Below are positions 8,076 through 17,500 of a stretch of DNA of 53,851 nucleotides, one piece after another; the stretch's first letter is position 1, and each line of letters begins with the position of its first letter. A program made the translations under genes and the position numbers. Under the pieces are notes generated by a model that had not been told where the DNA came from, made no database searches, and saw nothing but the letters and a program-made list of their open reading frames with translations. The DNA is taken from positions 1 to 53,851 of the forward strand of contig CAYGWJ010000073.1 in the NCBI GenBank assembly GCA_964353405.1, given 5' to 3'. Origin of the DNA: an uncultured Anaerolineae bacterium. Its GTDB lineage: Bacteria > Chloroflexota > Anaerolineae > Fen-1058.

Positions 8076-9791
8076 ATGAGCTGGCCCTACGCATACACCC
8101 CCACCATCTGGCCGTCTGTCCTTACGGTCCTGCTGTTGGTCGCGCTGTCCGTCTACGCCTGGCGACGGCGCAGCGTGCCCGGCGTGCTGCTTTTTGCCAT
8201 CGCCGGCTTGCTTGACGCGCTGTGGATGGCCGGATACACCCTGGTCATTGCCGCAACGGACGCTGCCGCCAAGATCTTTTGGCTCAAGTTCGGGAGTGTC
8301 TGGCAGGCGTTCGGCGCCACGGCGGTCACCTGCTTTCTGCTGGAATATGCCTGGCCCGGGCGCTGGCTCACCCGCCGCAACCTGGCCCTGCTGTCTATTC
8401 CTCCGCTGCTGATCATGGGACTGATACTGACCGACGATCTCCATCACCTGATGTGGCGCGGCTTTGTGGTTGATGGACCAGGGGTCACCGAGCTGCTCGG
8501 CCCGGCCGGCCGGGCCGCGGTCGCCTATGGTGTTGGGTTGGTCCTGGTGAATCTTGTCGTCTTTGTCTGGCTGTTTCTGCGCTCGCCGCAGCACCGCTGG
8601 CCGGTGGTACTCATGTTGACCGGCCAGATTGCGGTGCGGGTGGCATTCGTGGCGCATGTAGGCCAAGTTATTGAATCGGACCTGCCCCTCAACGTGCTCG
8701 GGGTGGCGTTTTTGTTCGTGATGTATGCCACCGCCTTGTTCGGCTTCCGCATCTTTGACCCGATCGCCATGGCCCGCCAGAGGGTCATCGAGCAACTGCA
8801 TTCCGGCATGCTGGTGCTGGACCCCCAGGGACGGGTGATCAGCCTGAACCCGGGCGCAGGACGGATTTTGGGCCAACGTCCCGGCGACCTCAAGGGCCGG
8901 AGGATGAGCGACCTGCTCCCGCCTTATCCGGACGCGCCTCTCGACGAGACCGAACAGACCGAAATCGAGCTTTGCCTCCCGGAAGCACACTCCCGGAAGG
9001 ACGACGGTGTGGGCGCCGGGCCGGCGGTCCGGCATTACGCCTTGGCGATCTCATCCCTGAAAGATTGGCGTGGGCTGGAAGTAGGCCGCCTGCTTCTGTT
9101 GCGCGATGTAACGGCCCAGAAGCGTGCCCAGGCGCAGATCCTGGAACAGCAGCGAGCGCTGGCGATGCTCTCGGAGCGGGAACGTCTGGCCCGCGAGTTG
9201 CACGACGATCTGGGCCAGGTGCTGGGCTATGTCAAGATGCAGGCCCAGGCGGCGCGCGACCGGCTGGCTCAAGGCCAGGCGGCCGCCGCCGACCTCGATC
9301 TGGCGCAACTGGTGACGGTGGCGCAAGAGGCGCATACCGACGTGCGCGAGTACATCCTCGGCGCACGGTCGGGGACTGGCGCGGAAGCCGGGCTCGTGCC
9401 GGCGCTGCGCCGTTATCTCGCGCAATTCGGCGAGGCGTACAAGATTCAGGCCGAGCTGATCGTATCGCCCGAATGGACGGGCAGCGTCTTGGAGCCAACC
9501 GTCAGGGCACAGGTGCTGCGCATCGTCCAGGAGGCGCTCACCAACGCGCGCAAACATGCCCGCGCCCGGTGTGTTCAGGTGAGCCTCGGTCTGGAGGAGG
9601 GCCTCGCCCGGATCGTCGTCCACGACGACGGCGTGGGGTTTGATCCAACGCTGCTGGCGACGGCGGACGGACTGAAATATGGTCTGCGCTTTATGCGAGA
9701 TCGAGCACAAGAGGTGGGCGGCAGCGTCGAGATTGATTCCGCGCCGGGCCAGGGGACGCGGGTTGTGGTGCAGGTGCCGGTGAGTAGATGA
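8076..9791 (+). CDS. Sensor histidine kinase, NarL/HisKA_3 type (multi-TM N-terminal domain, PAS, HisKA_3, HATPase_c)
   Basis: Six to seven N-terminal TM helices, a PAS-like segment (GMLVLDPQGRVISLNPGAGRILG), the H-box ELHDDLGQVLGYV, N-box QEALTNARKHA, and G-boxes DDGVGF/GLRFMRDRA...GGS. Confidence 0.9.
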   Translation: MSWPYAYTPTIWPSVLTVLLLVALSVYAWRRRSVPGVLLFAIAGLLDALWMAGYTLVIAATDAAAKIFWLKFGSVWQAFGATAVTCFLLEYAWPGRWLTRRNLALLSIPPLLIMGLILTDDLHHLMWRGFVVDGPGVTELLGPAGRAAVAYGVGLVLVNLVVFVWLFLRSPQHRWPVVLMLTGQIAVRVAFVAHVGQVIESDLPLNVLGVAFLFVMYATALFGFRIFDPIAMARQRVIEQLHSGMLVLDPQGRVISLNPGAGRILGQRPGDLKGRRMSDLLPPYPDAPLDETEQTEIELCLPEAHSRKDDGVGAGPAVRHYALAISSLKDWRGLEVGRLLLLRDVTAQKRAQAQILEQQRALAMLSERERLARELHDDLGQVLGYVKMQAQAARDRLAQGQAAAADLDLAQLVTVAQEAHTDVREYILGARSGTGAEAGLVPALRRYLAQFGEAYKIQAELIVSPEWTGSVLEPTVRAQVLRIVQEALTNARKHARARCVQVSLGLEEGLARIVVHDDGVGFDPTLLATADGLKYGLRFMRDRAQEVGGSVEIDSAPGQGTRVVVQVPVSR

Positions 9792-9845
9792 CGCGGAGAC
9801 ACGGAGAAGGAAAGACGCGGAGACGCAGGGACACGGTGAAGGGGA
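9790..9845. repeat. Left word array (GACGCGGAGACACGG-type) flanking the four-helix-bundle gene
   Basis: GACGCGGAGACACGGAGAAGGAAAGACGCGGAGACGCAGGGACACGGTGAAGGGG starts at the kinase stop codon. Its reverse-complement counterpart is at 10097-10160. Confidence 0.85.
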
Positions 9846-9851
9846 GAGAGG

Positions 9852-10091
9852 GTGATGGGTAATAGTATTCGGCATGCATTCGTCAGCAAGCTCAGCGACG
9901 CCGAAGCGGAAGCGGCGGAAACCGAGGTGTGGCTCGAACTGGCGGTCCGCTGCGGTTATCTCGACCAAGCCAAATCCACCCTCCTCGAACAGGCATACGA
10001 ACATATCCTGGGCAAGCTTGTCAACATGATGACGCATTCCGATCAATGGACGATTCGGATGGCCAAAGAGGAGGCAGCCGATTATGCCTAG
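9852..10091 (+). CDS. Four-helix-bundle protein (23S rRNA IVS protein / Avd-like family), N-terminally short
   Basis: ...FVSKLSDAEAEAAETEVWLELAVRCGYLDQAKSTLLEQAYEHILGKLVNMM matches the C-terminal half (helices 3-4: KLxxAxxEaxETxxWLxLa...gyl) of TIGR02436-type proteins, which are normally about 120 aa. GTG 9852 or ATG 9855 follows GGGGAGAGAGG. Confidence 0.65.
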   Translation: MMGNSIRHAFVSKLSDAEAEAAETEVWLELAVRCGYLDQAKSTLLEQAYEHILGKLVNMMTHSDQWTIRMAKEEAADYA

Positions 10092-10096
10092 TTCGG

Positions 10097-10160
10097 CCCC
10101 CGTCACCGCGTCCCCGCGTCACCGTGTCTCCGTGTCCCCGCGTCGCCGTGTCTCCCCCCG
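10097..10160. repeat. Right word array, reverse complement of the 9790-9845 array
   Basis: CCCCGTCACCGCGTCCCCGCGTCACCGTGTCTCCGTGTCCCCGCGTCGCCGTGTCTCC. For example, 10127-10144 TCTCCGTGTCCCCGCGTC is the reverse complement of GACGCGGGGACACGGAGA, compared with 9790-9807 GACGCGGAGACACGGAGA. Confidence 0.85.
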
Positions 10161-10169
10161 GAGGTTCTC

Positions 10170-10823
10170 ATGCGTGTACTCCTAGTTGACGATCACCCCC
10201 TCTTCCTGGATGGCCTCAGGAACCTGCTGAGCGGGCGCGGCGTGCAGGTGGTGGGCACGGCGCGGGACGGCCTGGAAGCGCTGGACAAGGCGCGCAGCTT
10301 ACGCCCGGACGTGATCCTGATGGATATCCACATGCCCGGCTGTGACGGGCTGACCGCCACACGCCTCATTCAAGCCGAGCTGCCCCAGATCAAAATCGTC
10401 ATGCTGACCATGTCGAGCGACGACGACAACCTGTTCGAGGCGATCAAGAGCGGCGCGTGCGGCTATCTGCTCAAGACATTGGACACCGACGAGTTCATGG
10501 CGCGGCTGATGCAAGTGGAGGACGGGGAGACGCCGCTCTCGCCGGGACTGGCTGCCCGCATCCTCCAGCACCTCGGACAGCAGGCCGGCGAGGTCCGGGT
10601 GCCCGAAGAGGCAGGGCCGGTCGGGTCCCTGTCGCGGCGCGAGCAGGAGGTGCTGGCGCTCGTCGCGCAGGGGTTGACGTATAAAGAAGCCGGGGCGAGG
10701 CTGGGCCTGACCGAGCGCACGATCAAGTATCACATGGCCGAGATCATCGCCCGGCTCCACCTGCAGAACCGCGCCCAGGTGATCGAGTATGCCCGGCGGA
10801 GCGGGTTGGTAAGGCAAAGCTAG
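10170..10823 (+). CDS. Response regulator, NarL/LuxR family (REC + LuxR HTH)
   Basis: MRVLLVDDHPLF..., DVILMDIHMPGCDG (phospho-acceptor Asp), LSRREQEVLALVAQGLTYKEAGARLGLTERTIKYH. RBS GGAGG. Confidence 0.95.
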   Translation: MRVLLVDDHPLFLDGLRNLLSGRGVQVVGTARDGLEALDKARSLRPDVILMDIHMPGCDGLTATRLIQAELPQIKIVMLTMSSDDDNLFEAIKSGACGYLLKTLDTDEFMARLMQVEDGETPLSPGLAARILQHLGQQAGEVRVPEEAGPVGSLSRREQEVLALVAQGLTYKEAGARLGLTERTIKYHMAEIIARLHLQNRAQVIEYARRSGLVRQS

Positions 10824-10888
10824 TTCTCCTACAAGTACGGTACAAGGTACAGTCAAGTATAGTACAAAGTACAGGTCAGGTACAGTAA

Positions 10889-10925
10889 GTACAGTCTCTG
10901 GCTTTTTAGAGACTGTACTTTTTTT
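10889..10925 (+). terminator. Intrinsic terminator after the response regulator
   Basis: GTACAGTCTCT-ggcttttt-AGAGACTGTAC followed by T7. Preceded by a GTACA(A/G)G word array (10830-10888). Confidence 0.8.
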
Positions 10926-10949
10926 GTACTTTGACTGTCCCTCAAGTGC

Positions 10950-11387
10950 ATGGTCACCGAGCGGGCTTTGTGGTTAGATAGTTACGAAGCGGTGGCAGAC
11001 GTGCACCCCTGCAATCAGGATGGTCTCATGCCGGAGACACGAACGGTGGTCCTTTACGGAAATTCCCTGGTGGTCTCTAGTGTTGGCGCGAGCCTGCAAG
11101 GCCGCGCGGGCTTGCGGGTCCTGCCCCTGGACGCGGCCCTGCCGGACGCGGCTGGGCAGTTGAGCGCGCTCCAGCCGGACGTCATCATTTTCGACCTGGC
11201 CACGACTCTGCCGAATGATGCCATCCGGCTGTGGAAGGCGCTTCCCGCCTTGCTCCTGATCGGCGTTGACCTGGCGAAGGGCACAGCGCTGGTACTTTCC
11301 GGCCAGACGGCCCGCGCGCTGACAACGGACGATTTACTCCACGTGATCGAGAGCCATGCTACAAGCGAATCATCCGAGCCATTCTAG
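10950..11387 (+). CDS. Hypothetical protein, receiver-like (pseudo-receiver?)
   Basis: TVVLYGNSLVVSS...LQPDVIIFDLATTLPND...LLLIGVD has the beta-alpha rhythm of a REC domain, but the N-terminal acidic pair is replaced by GNS. The true start may be ATG 11028 (MPETRTVV). Confidence 0.5.
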   Translation: MVTERALWLDSYEAVADVHPCNQDGLMPETRTVVLYGNSLVVSSVGASLQGRAGLRVLPLDAALPDAAGQLSALQPDVIIFDLATTLPNDAIRLWKALPALLLIGVDLAKGTALVLSGQTARALTTDDLLHVIESHATSESSEPF

Positions 11388-11572
11388 GAGGCAATCCATC
11401 GTCCCAAGACTGGTACTCGATGGACCCCGTAATCGAGACGCAGCCCCAGGCACCGGGGGTCAGGAGGCTATCGGACAATCTGTCGCCCTGAGTGAAACCT
11501 GCAGGCCCGGCCTGGCCGGGCGCGGCGCGTTGCAGGTGCGCAAAGGACCATCATCACGAAAGGAGTCCCTCC

Positions 11573-14500
11573 ATGAAACGCTCAACGGTTAACCGCATTT
11601 CCTATTCCATTGTGCTGGCCGCGCTTTTGCTCAGCGCGGTTGCACCGGCATCCGTAGCGCCGGCCGCGACGCCGGTCCCGTCTCCAGCGCCTCTGCCCGC
11701 GGCGCCGCTGCCTCAAGCGCCGCCGGCCGAGCCGCCAGAGCCGGCGCCCCCTGCGGCGCCCGCCTCTGCGGCGCCCGCCGCCCCTCCGGCCCAGGTAGAG
11801 GAGGCCGGTCAAGTGTCCCCGGCCAAGCCAGCTTCGCCGGGGTCGGTGCCGTGCGCAAACCCCCCACCCCAGGACATAATCCCCATGGGGCAGGACCTTG
11901 AGCTGATCCTGGGTCCTTTCAATAACACTACCACCCGCCAAATCACCCAGACCCGGAACTTGGTGCAGCCCTATGCGATGAGCTACCTGGGCCCTCACAC
12001 AACGGCCACCTCTAATGCCTGCACGTCGAACGGTCCCAAGCCCGAGGAAGTGTACTTTTACGAGAATAATAACTATGGCGGATGGTGCACCGTCCTCACC
12101 CCCGGCCAGTACCCCAGGGCTATCGTTGACTTTCCCATTCGTTACATCGGGAATAATATGCAGAGCCTCAGGGTCGGCAAAAATGTTGTAGTCACAGCGT
12201 GGAGGTATGAACAGTATACTGGGAGCTCCCGGACTTTTTACTCCGGCGAACAGCTAGATCATCTGGGCCCGGAAATCCCGACTGATCCCTGCTGGGCCAC
12301 GCTTTGCAACAATCAAGCGAACTCAGCCAAGGTCTGGGTCAGGCCGGAGGTTACCGGAACCGTGTCCGCAGCCGCGCTGGGCACAGACAGTAATATCGTG
12401 CTGATGAAAAGCGTCGGGGGCACGCTCAATGCGCCGACCGTCGAGCTGGCGTCAATGACGTGGGATGCGCACAACGGGTGGTCGTCCATCGTCCACCATC
12501 CAATCACCACCACCGCCGGCGGTTCCACGCTCATCCCCTACGGCAACCCGGTCGTCGCCGTCCTGCTCCGCGATCCGATCTTTTTCGTGCGGACTGGCCC
12601 CACCACCAGCCAAAACCAACTCGCGTTCAATGTGGCGAAGAGCACGTGGAGCTATCTGCCCGACAGCTCCACAAGCAGCGGCGTCATCACCAACGCATAT
12701 TCCGACCCGGCCGTGGTGGTGCCCGATATCAACCACGTGAAGGTGTTTTACAGGGACGTGCCTACCACGACCAACGGCTCGATCTTCATGTCTCAGTGGG
12801 ACTCGAACGTGGGCTGGTCGCGCACGCCGATTAACCTCGGCAAGCCGTCCGGCACGTACTTTGTCTCGGAGGTGAACGCGGTCACCCGGGACGAAAACCA
12901 CGTGGCCGTGTTTGCCATCGGCAACGACCAGGCACTGTACGTCAAAGAGTGGTCTTCCCTGTACAAGCCCGACTGGAGCGACACAACGTGGGTCCAGTTG
13001 ATGACCGGCATCAACAAAGCGCAAAAGCCGGCCGTCACGTCGCGCCACGCGGGCAACGTCGTCGTGATGGCGCTAGGCGCGACGGCTGTTGGCGGCGGCT
13101 ACCAGCCCTACTACCGGGAGTGGAACGCCGCTTCGTACACCGACAACGTGGGTACTCCGCGCGGATGGAACACTGTCCAGACCCCGGGCGGAGGTCTGAC
13201 GTCGGTCGGCCTGGTAGCAACCGGCGTCGACGAGATGTGGGCCTACGGCGTCAGCAGCGCCAACCGTGTCTTTGTGAACAAGTGGACCGAGTGCAGCGCC
13301 GCCAACTGCTTTGCGGGGTGGAGCCCGGGCTTGGGCATGAACTACATGGGCTTGTGGTCCTCGGGGCAGGTCGTGGCGGCCGTGGCCGGGCGCCCGTACG
13401 ACGTGATGTGGTACGGACGCAACACTTCGAACAAGGTCGAGGTTGCCCAGATGACCAACGTCGGGGCGGCCTTGAATGTGACGACGGAGGCGAACTATAG
13501 CTGGGGGATGCCGCGCGCCCAGGTCATCGCGACGGTCAATGCGCGGACGGTCTGGGTCAGCCTTTACCGCAACGGCGCCACCAATTGGTACATTGACGCC
13601 AAAGACACGGACGCCTGGACGGGGACACGGAGGACTGCTACTACGACCGAGCTTCCGCCCACGAGCACCGATACCAACAAGGTGTCTGTCGCGGCCGGCG
13701 ACGTGGACCAGGACGGCGACGACGAGGTCGTCGTCTCGACGCTGGATGAAGCCGGCCACAAGATAACGACGAGGGTGTACGAGCTGACGGTGAGCGGTTC
13801 CAGTGTGACGGCGATCACCGAGATAGCCAACGACATCGCCGATTATGGCGCGGGTGTCACCCTCTCGGACGTGAACGTTGACGTGGGCGACCTCGACGGA
13901 GATGGCAAGAAGAACGAAATTGCGATCGCCGCGAACAGGCCGGGTTATGCCCAGGTGAAAATCCGGGTCGAGCAATATTTGACCACCACCACCACGCTGG
14001 TTGACCTGGCGGACGCGGCTCCAGATATGACCTGGCAACTCGACGACGTCGAGATGTCGGTCGCCCGGGTGGATGACGCCGGCTATGAGCACATCGTCGT
14101 GGCGGCCTGGACGTCGGACGTGGGGGTCGGGCAAATACGCGCGTTTGCGTTGGACAGAGCCAACGCGACGGTTACCCTGGCTCACGCCGTTGACCTCGGG
14201 ACATATACGGGCGCTACAGGCGCTTATAGCACTGCGCTCGCCACAGGCGATGTGGACAGCGATGGCATGGAAGAAGCGGTCTACAGCTACGCCACTATAA
14301 TCAGGGCTCAAAGTCTCGAGTCGGCCAGTAATTCGACCGATCCGATAGATGATATGTCGGGGCCAGTGTATGGAGTATCTGCTAACGACGCAGGCCGATC
14401 GCTGGCCGTAGGCGATGCGGATGGCGACGGCCGGGCCGAGATCGTGTACAACGCGGGCAGCACCGGCTGGACGGGTCTGCTCAAACTGATGGACCCGTCT

Positions 14501-17500
14501 AATGCGACCGGCTTGCACGTGGTTGGGCAGGCGTCCGCGACGCCGGGCGTGCCGCTGCTGGCCGACCTGGACAACGACTCGTTCGTGGCCACCTATGTGC
14601 CGAATAGCTGCCAGGAGGCTTGGGATGCCCGCGTCGTCGGCGTCGCAAACTCGCAACCGATGTATTTCAAGTCGGATGGAGGGGGCTGGCAAGACACCGG
14701 CGGCGGGATGGCCAAGGGCACGGGCGTCATCACGGCGACAGAGGATGGCTGGTCAACCTCGTATGGCGCCTCGCTCGAAATTGGCCTAAAGCAAAGTTGG
14801 AACACGCCTATCCTGGCGATCAAGCTGGGCGAAATCAGGGCCTCGGTAACCGAAGAGGCCCTCTGGAAATTTGGAGGTGGGACCGAGCGGGAACATTCCA
14901 CAAGCGCGGCAGACGGCTTTGAATATAGCCCACCCTGGGAAGTCCCGGAACATAGAACAAGCCATGGCGCAGTGTGCTATAGCAACACCAAGTACAGGTG
15001 CATGGCCTACAGCCTGGTCAGGGCCAACTCGACCTACACCAACCCGGTCAAGACCTGTGTGCCGGTGATTGGCGCAGGCTCGGCGAACCTAACGTGTGTT
15101 TCGATCGAAGACTGGTACTCGACGGACCCCGCGATTGGGATCCGAGACGCTCTGGGGGGGTCGTGGGTCCCGGTGGGGCACCACCCGGTCGGCCAACCCG
15201 ACACCGTGTCTTACGATCTCAACGTGGCGAACAATTATCCGGTCGCCCCGAGCAGATTTGGCCTGCCGGCGGGTCTGAATCGTGACCTCATTTGGTGGCG
15301 TCGTACCAGCCCGACCGATATAGGCGCGACGAGCACCGGCGGTTGCCAGACCTGGGAAGTGGAGAAAACGAACAGCGAGAGCAGTATCACAAGCGGCGGC
15401 TTTGAAGAGAACACCAAGGTCAGCTTCGGCGCGGACGTGTTTGTCTTTACGTTCGACGCCAGCTTTACGCGCGGCTCTGGCACAGAGTGGAGCAGCAAAG
15501 TGGGTTGGGAAGACAAGCTGTCGTTCTCGGGCAGGTTTTGCCCGTACGCGGCTGCCTGCCCGAGCTCGACCTGCCGGCCATACTCCGTGGTCCCGTACGT
15601 CTACCATGCCACGGCCAGGACCCTGGCGGGCGCCACCTACTCTTACCTCGAGCAAGATTACTATCGCGTGCCGCTCGCGTTGGCGAGCGAGGCGGCCGCG
15701 CAAGAGGCCCCGGCGGCCGTCGGGCTGACGCCGCAGGAGCCCGTCATTACCAGCCCCACGCATCCCAATCCGGACACCTGGTACCCGGCGGACACGGTCA
15801 CCTTCAACTGGGCCCAGCCTCCCGGCGACCCGGCGCGCGTGATCGGCTACCGGTGGATGCTGGACGAGTTGCCGCTGGGCAGCCCGGGGGCCATGGAGGT
15901 GTTGACGACCACGCAGACCTACCGGAACGTGCCCGATGGCGTCTACTATCTGCACGTCCTGGCCGTGGGCGATACCGGCGAGTACAGCCCCATCGCGCAC
16001 CGGGCCTTTCGCGTGGACATGGGCGCGCCCAAGGTCGCGTTCGCTCCGATCCCGTCCCAGCCGGATGGCATGAACGGCTGGTACAACACCCCGATCACCT
16101 TCGCCGTGACGGCGACGGATCTAAACGGCTCGGGCGTGAAAAGCATCGAAACCAGCTCGGACGGGACGACCTGGCTGTCCTACACGCCCCTTTACGTCGC
16201 CGCCGACACACCCGGCCGCACGCTGTGGGCGCGCGCCACGGACAACCTGGGCCACGTTTCAGACATCGTCTCCACCACCTTCAAGCTCGACCAGACCCCG
16301 CCCAGCGTCCGGGATTCGGATCGCTACGGCCTGAGCTATGCCCGCATCATCACCGACGAAGTGGGCAACGCGCAGCTCGTCTTGGGCGGCGCGCTCAGCG
16401 ACACGCTCTCCGGCCGGCTGCAAGTCGAGGTCAAGGCCGGCGAGACGGGCGAGTGGAACGCCATCAGCGCGGTGGGCGACCTGCCCATGCCGCCCGGCAA
16501 CTGGTTCACCGACACGACCATGACCAGCCTCCAGTGGATGTATACGCCCACGTTCGAGATCCGTGGCGCGTACCCGCTGTACGTGCGCGGCGTGGATATG
16601 GCCGGGAACTATGGGCATTACTATTCCAACACCCTCATTATGCCGGGGGGTTGTTTCTGGTGGGATCCGGTTGACGTGCCCGCGCTGGACGAAAGCCGCG
16701 TGAGCGTCTCGCCGCACCAGGCCAAGCCTGGCGACGTGGTGGCCTTTACCGTCGCCGCGCGCGACTCGGGCTACCAGGAAGCTCAATACCTCATCACCGA
16801 TACCGTCCCGGCGGGCCTGACCGTCCTGCCCGGCTCGATCACCGACGGCGGCCAATATGACGCCGCCACGCGCCAGATCGTGTGGACCTTGCACGCCGCG
16901 TGGCCCGGCCAGACGCGCTATCTCTTCTTCAAAGCCACGGTTGATAGCGCCACGACGACCGCCGCGCTGGAAAACCAGCTCGACCTGATGGCCTACTGGC
17001 CGTGGGACCGCACCTGCGACTCGCGCGTGCCGCCCGAGCCGGCCCGCCATTACTACTCATCCACCACCACCCTGACCGTGCTGCCGGGCGCTGCTATGCG
17101 CGCCAGCGCAGCCGCGGCCACATCCAGCCCAACTGCGCCGCAGATCATAAACGCTGCCGTGGTCGAAGGCGACATCGTCGGCGATCCGGACGTGACGCTG
17201 CTCGTCAACGCCAGCCCCGAGGCGCGCTATCTGTACGTCAGAGAGTGGGTGTGGAACGGCGCGCTCGCCACGTGGAGCCAGGCGCACGAAAGCGGCTGGG
17301 TGCCGTTCGAGGCCGCCACGGGCTTTGTGGTGTCCCAAGATAACATCGGCAAATATGGCCGCTATGACTGGACGCTCTCCGAAGGCGATGGCATCAAGTA
17401 CCTAGGTCTGTGGGTCGCCGACGCGGACGGGCAGACGAGCAACCTGAACGAAGGCAACCTGATCCATACCAACCTGCTGTCGGCGGGCGGGCAACAACTC

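Noticed and set aside
7971-9035. 354-aa ORF on the minus strand
   Set aside because: It is entirely antisense to the well-supported histidine-kinase gene. The Arg/Gly/Pro/His-rich composition is typical of shadow ORFs in high-GC DNA, and I recognise no motifs.
9852-10091. Diversity-generating retroelement, because the four-helix-bundle protein is Avd-like
   Set aside because: There is no reverse transcriptase gene and no template/variable repeat pair anywhere in the window. The ORF is also only half of the fold.
9051-10106. 351-aa minus-strand ORF spanning the kinase 3' end and the four-helix-bundle cassette
   Set aside because: It is antisense to two supported features and reads through the word arrays (giving SPRLSFSVSPRH-type low-complexity text). 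Shadow ORF.
13073-14692. 539-aa minus-strand ORF (also 12452-13048, 15089-16000, 16259-17050, 17402-18103 minus; 15487-16674 plus)
   Set aside because: All lie inside the 2,129-aa gene, in antisense or off-frame. Their Arg/Gly/His-rich composition contrasts with the domain-rich sense frame.
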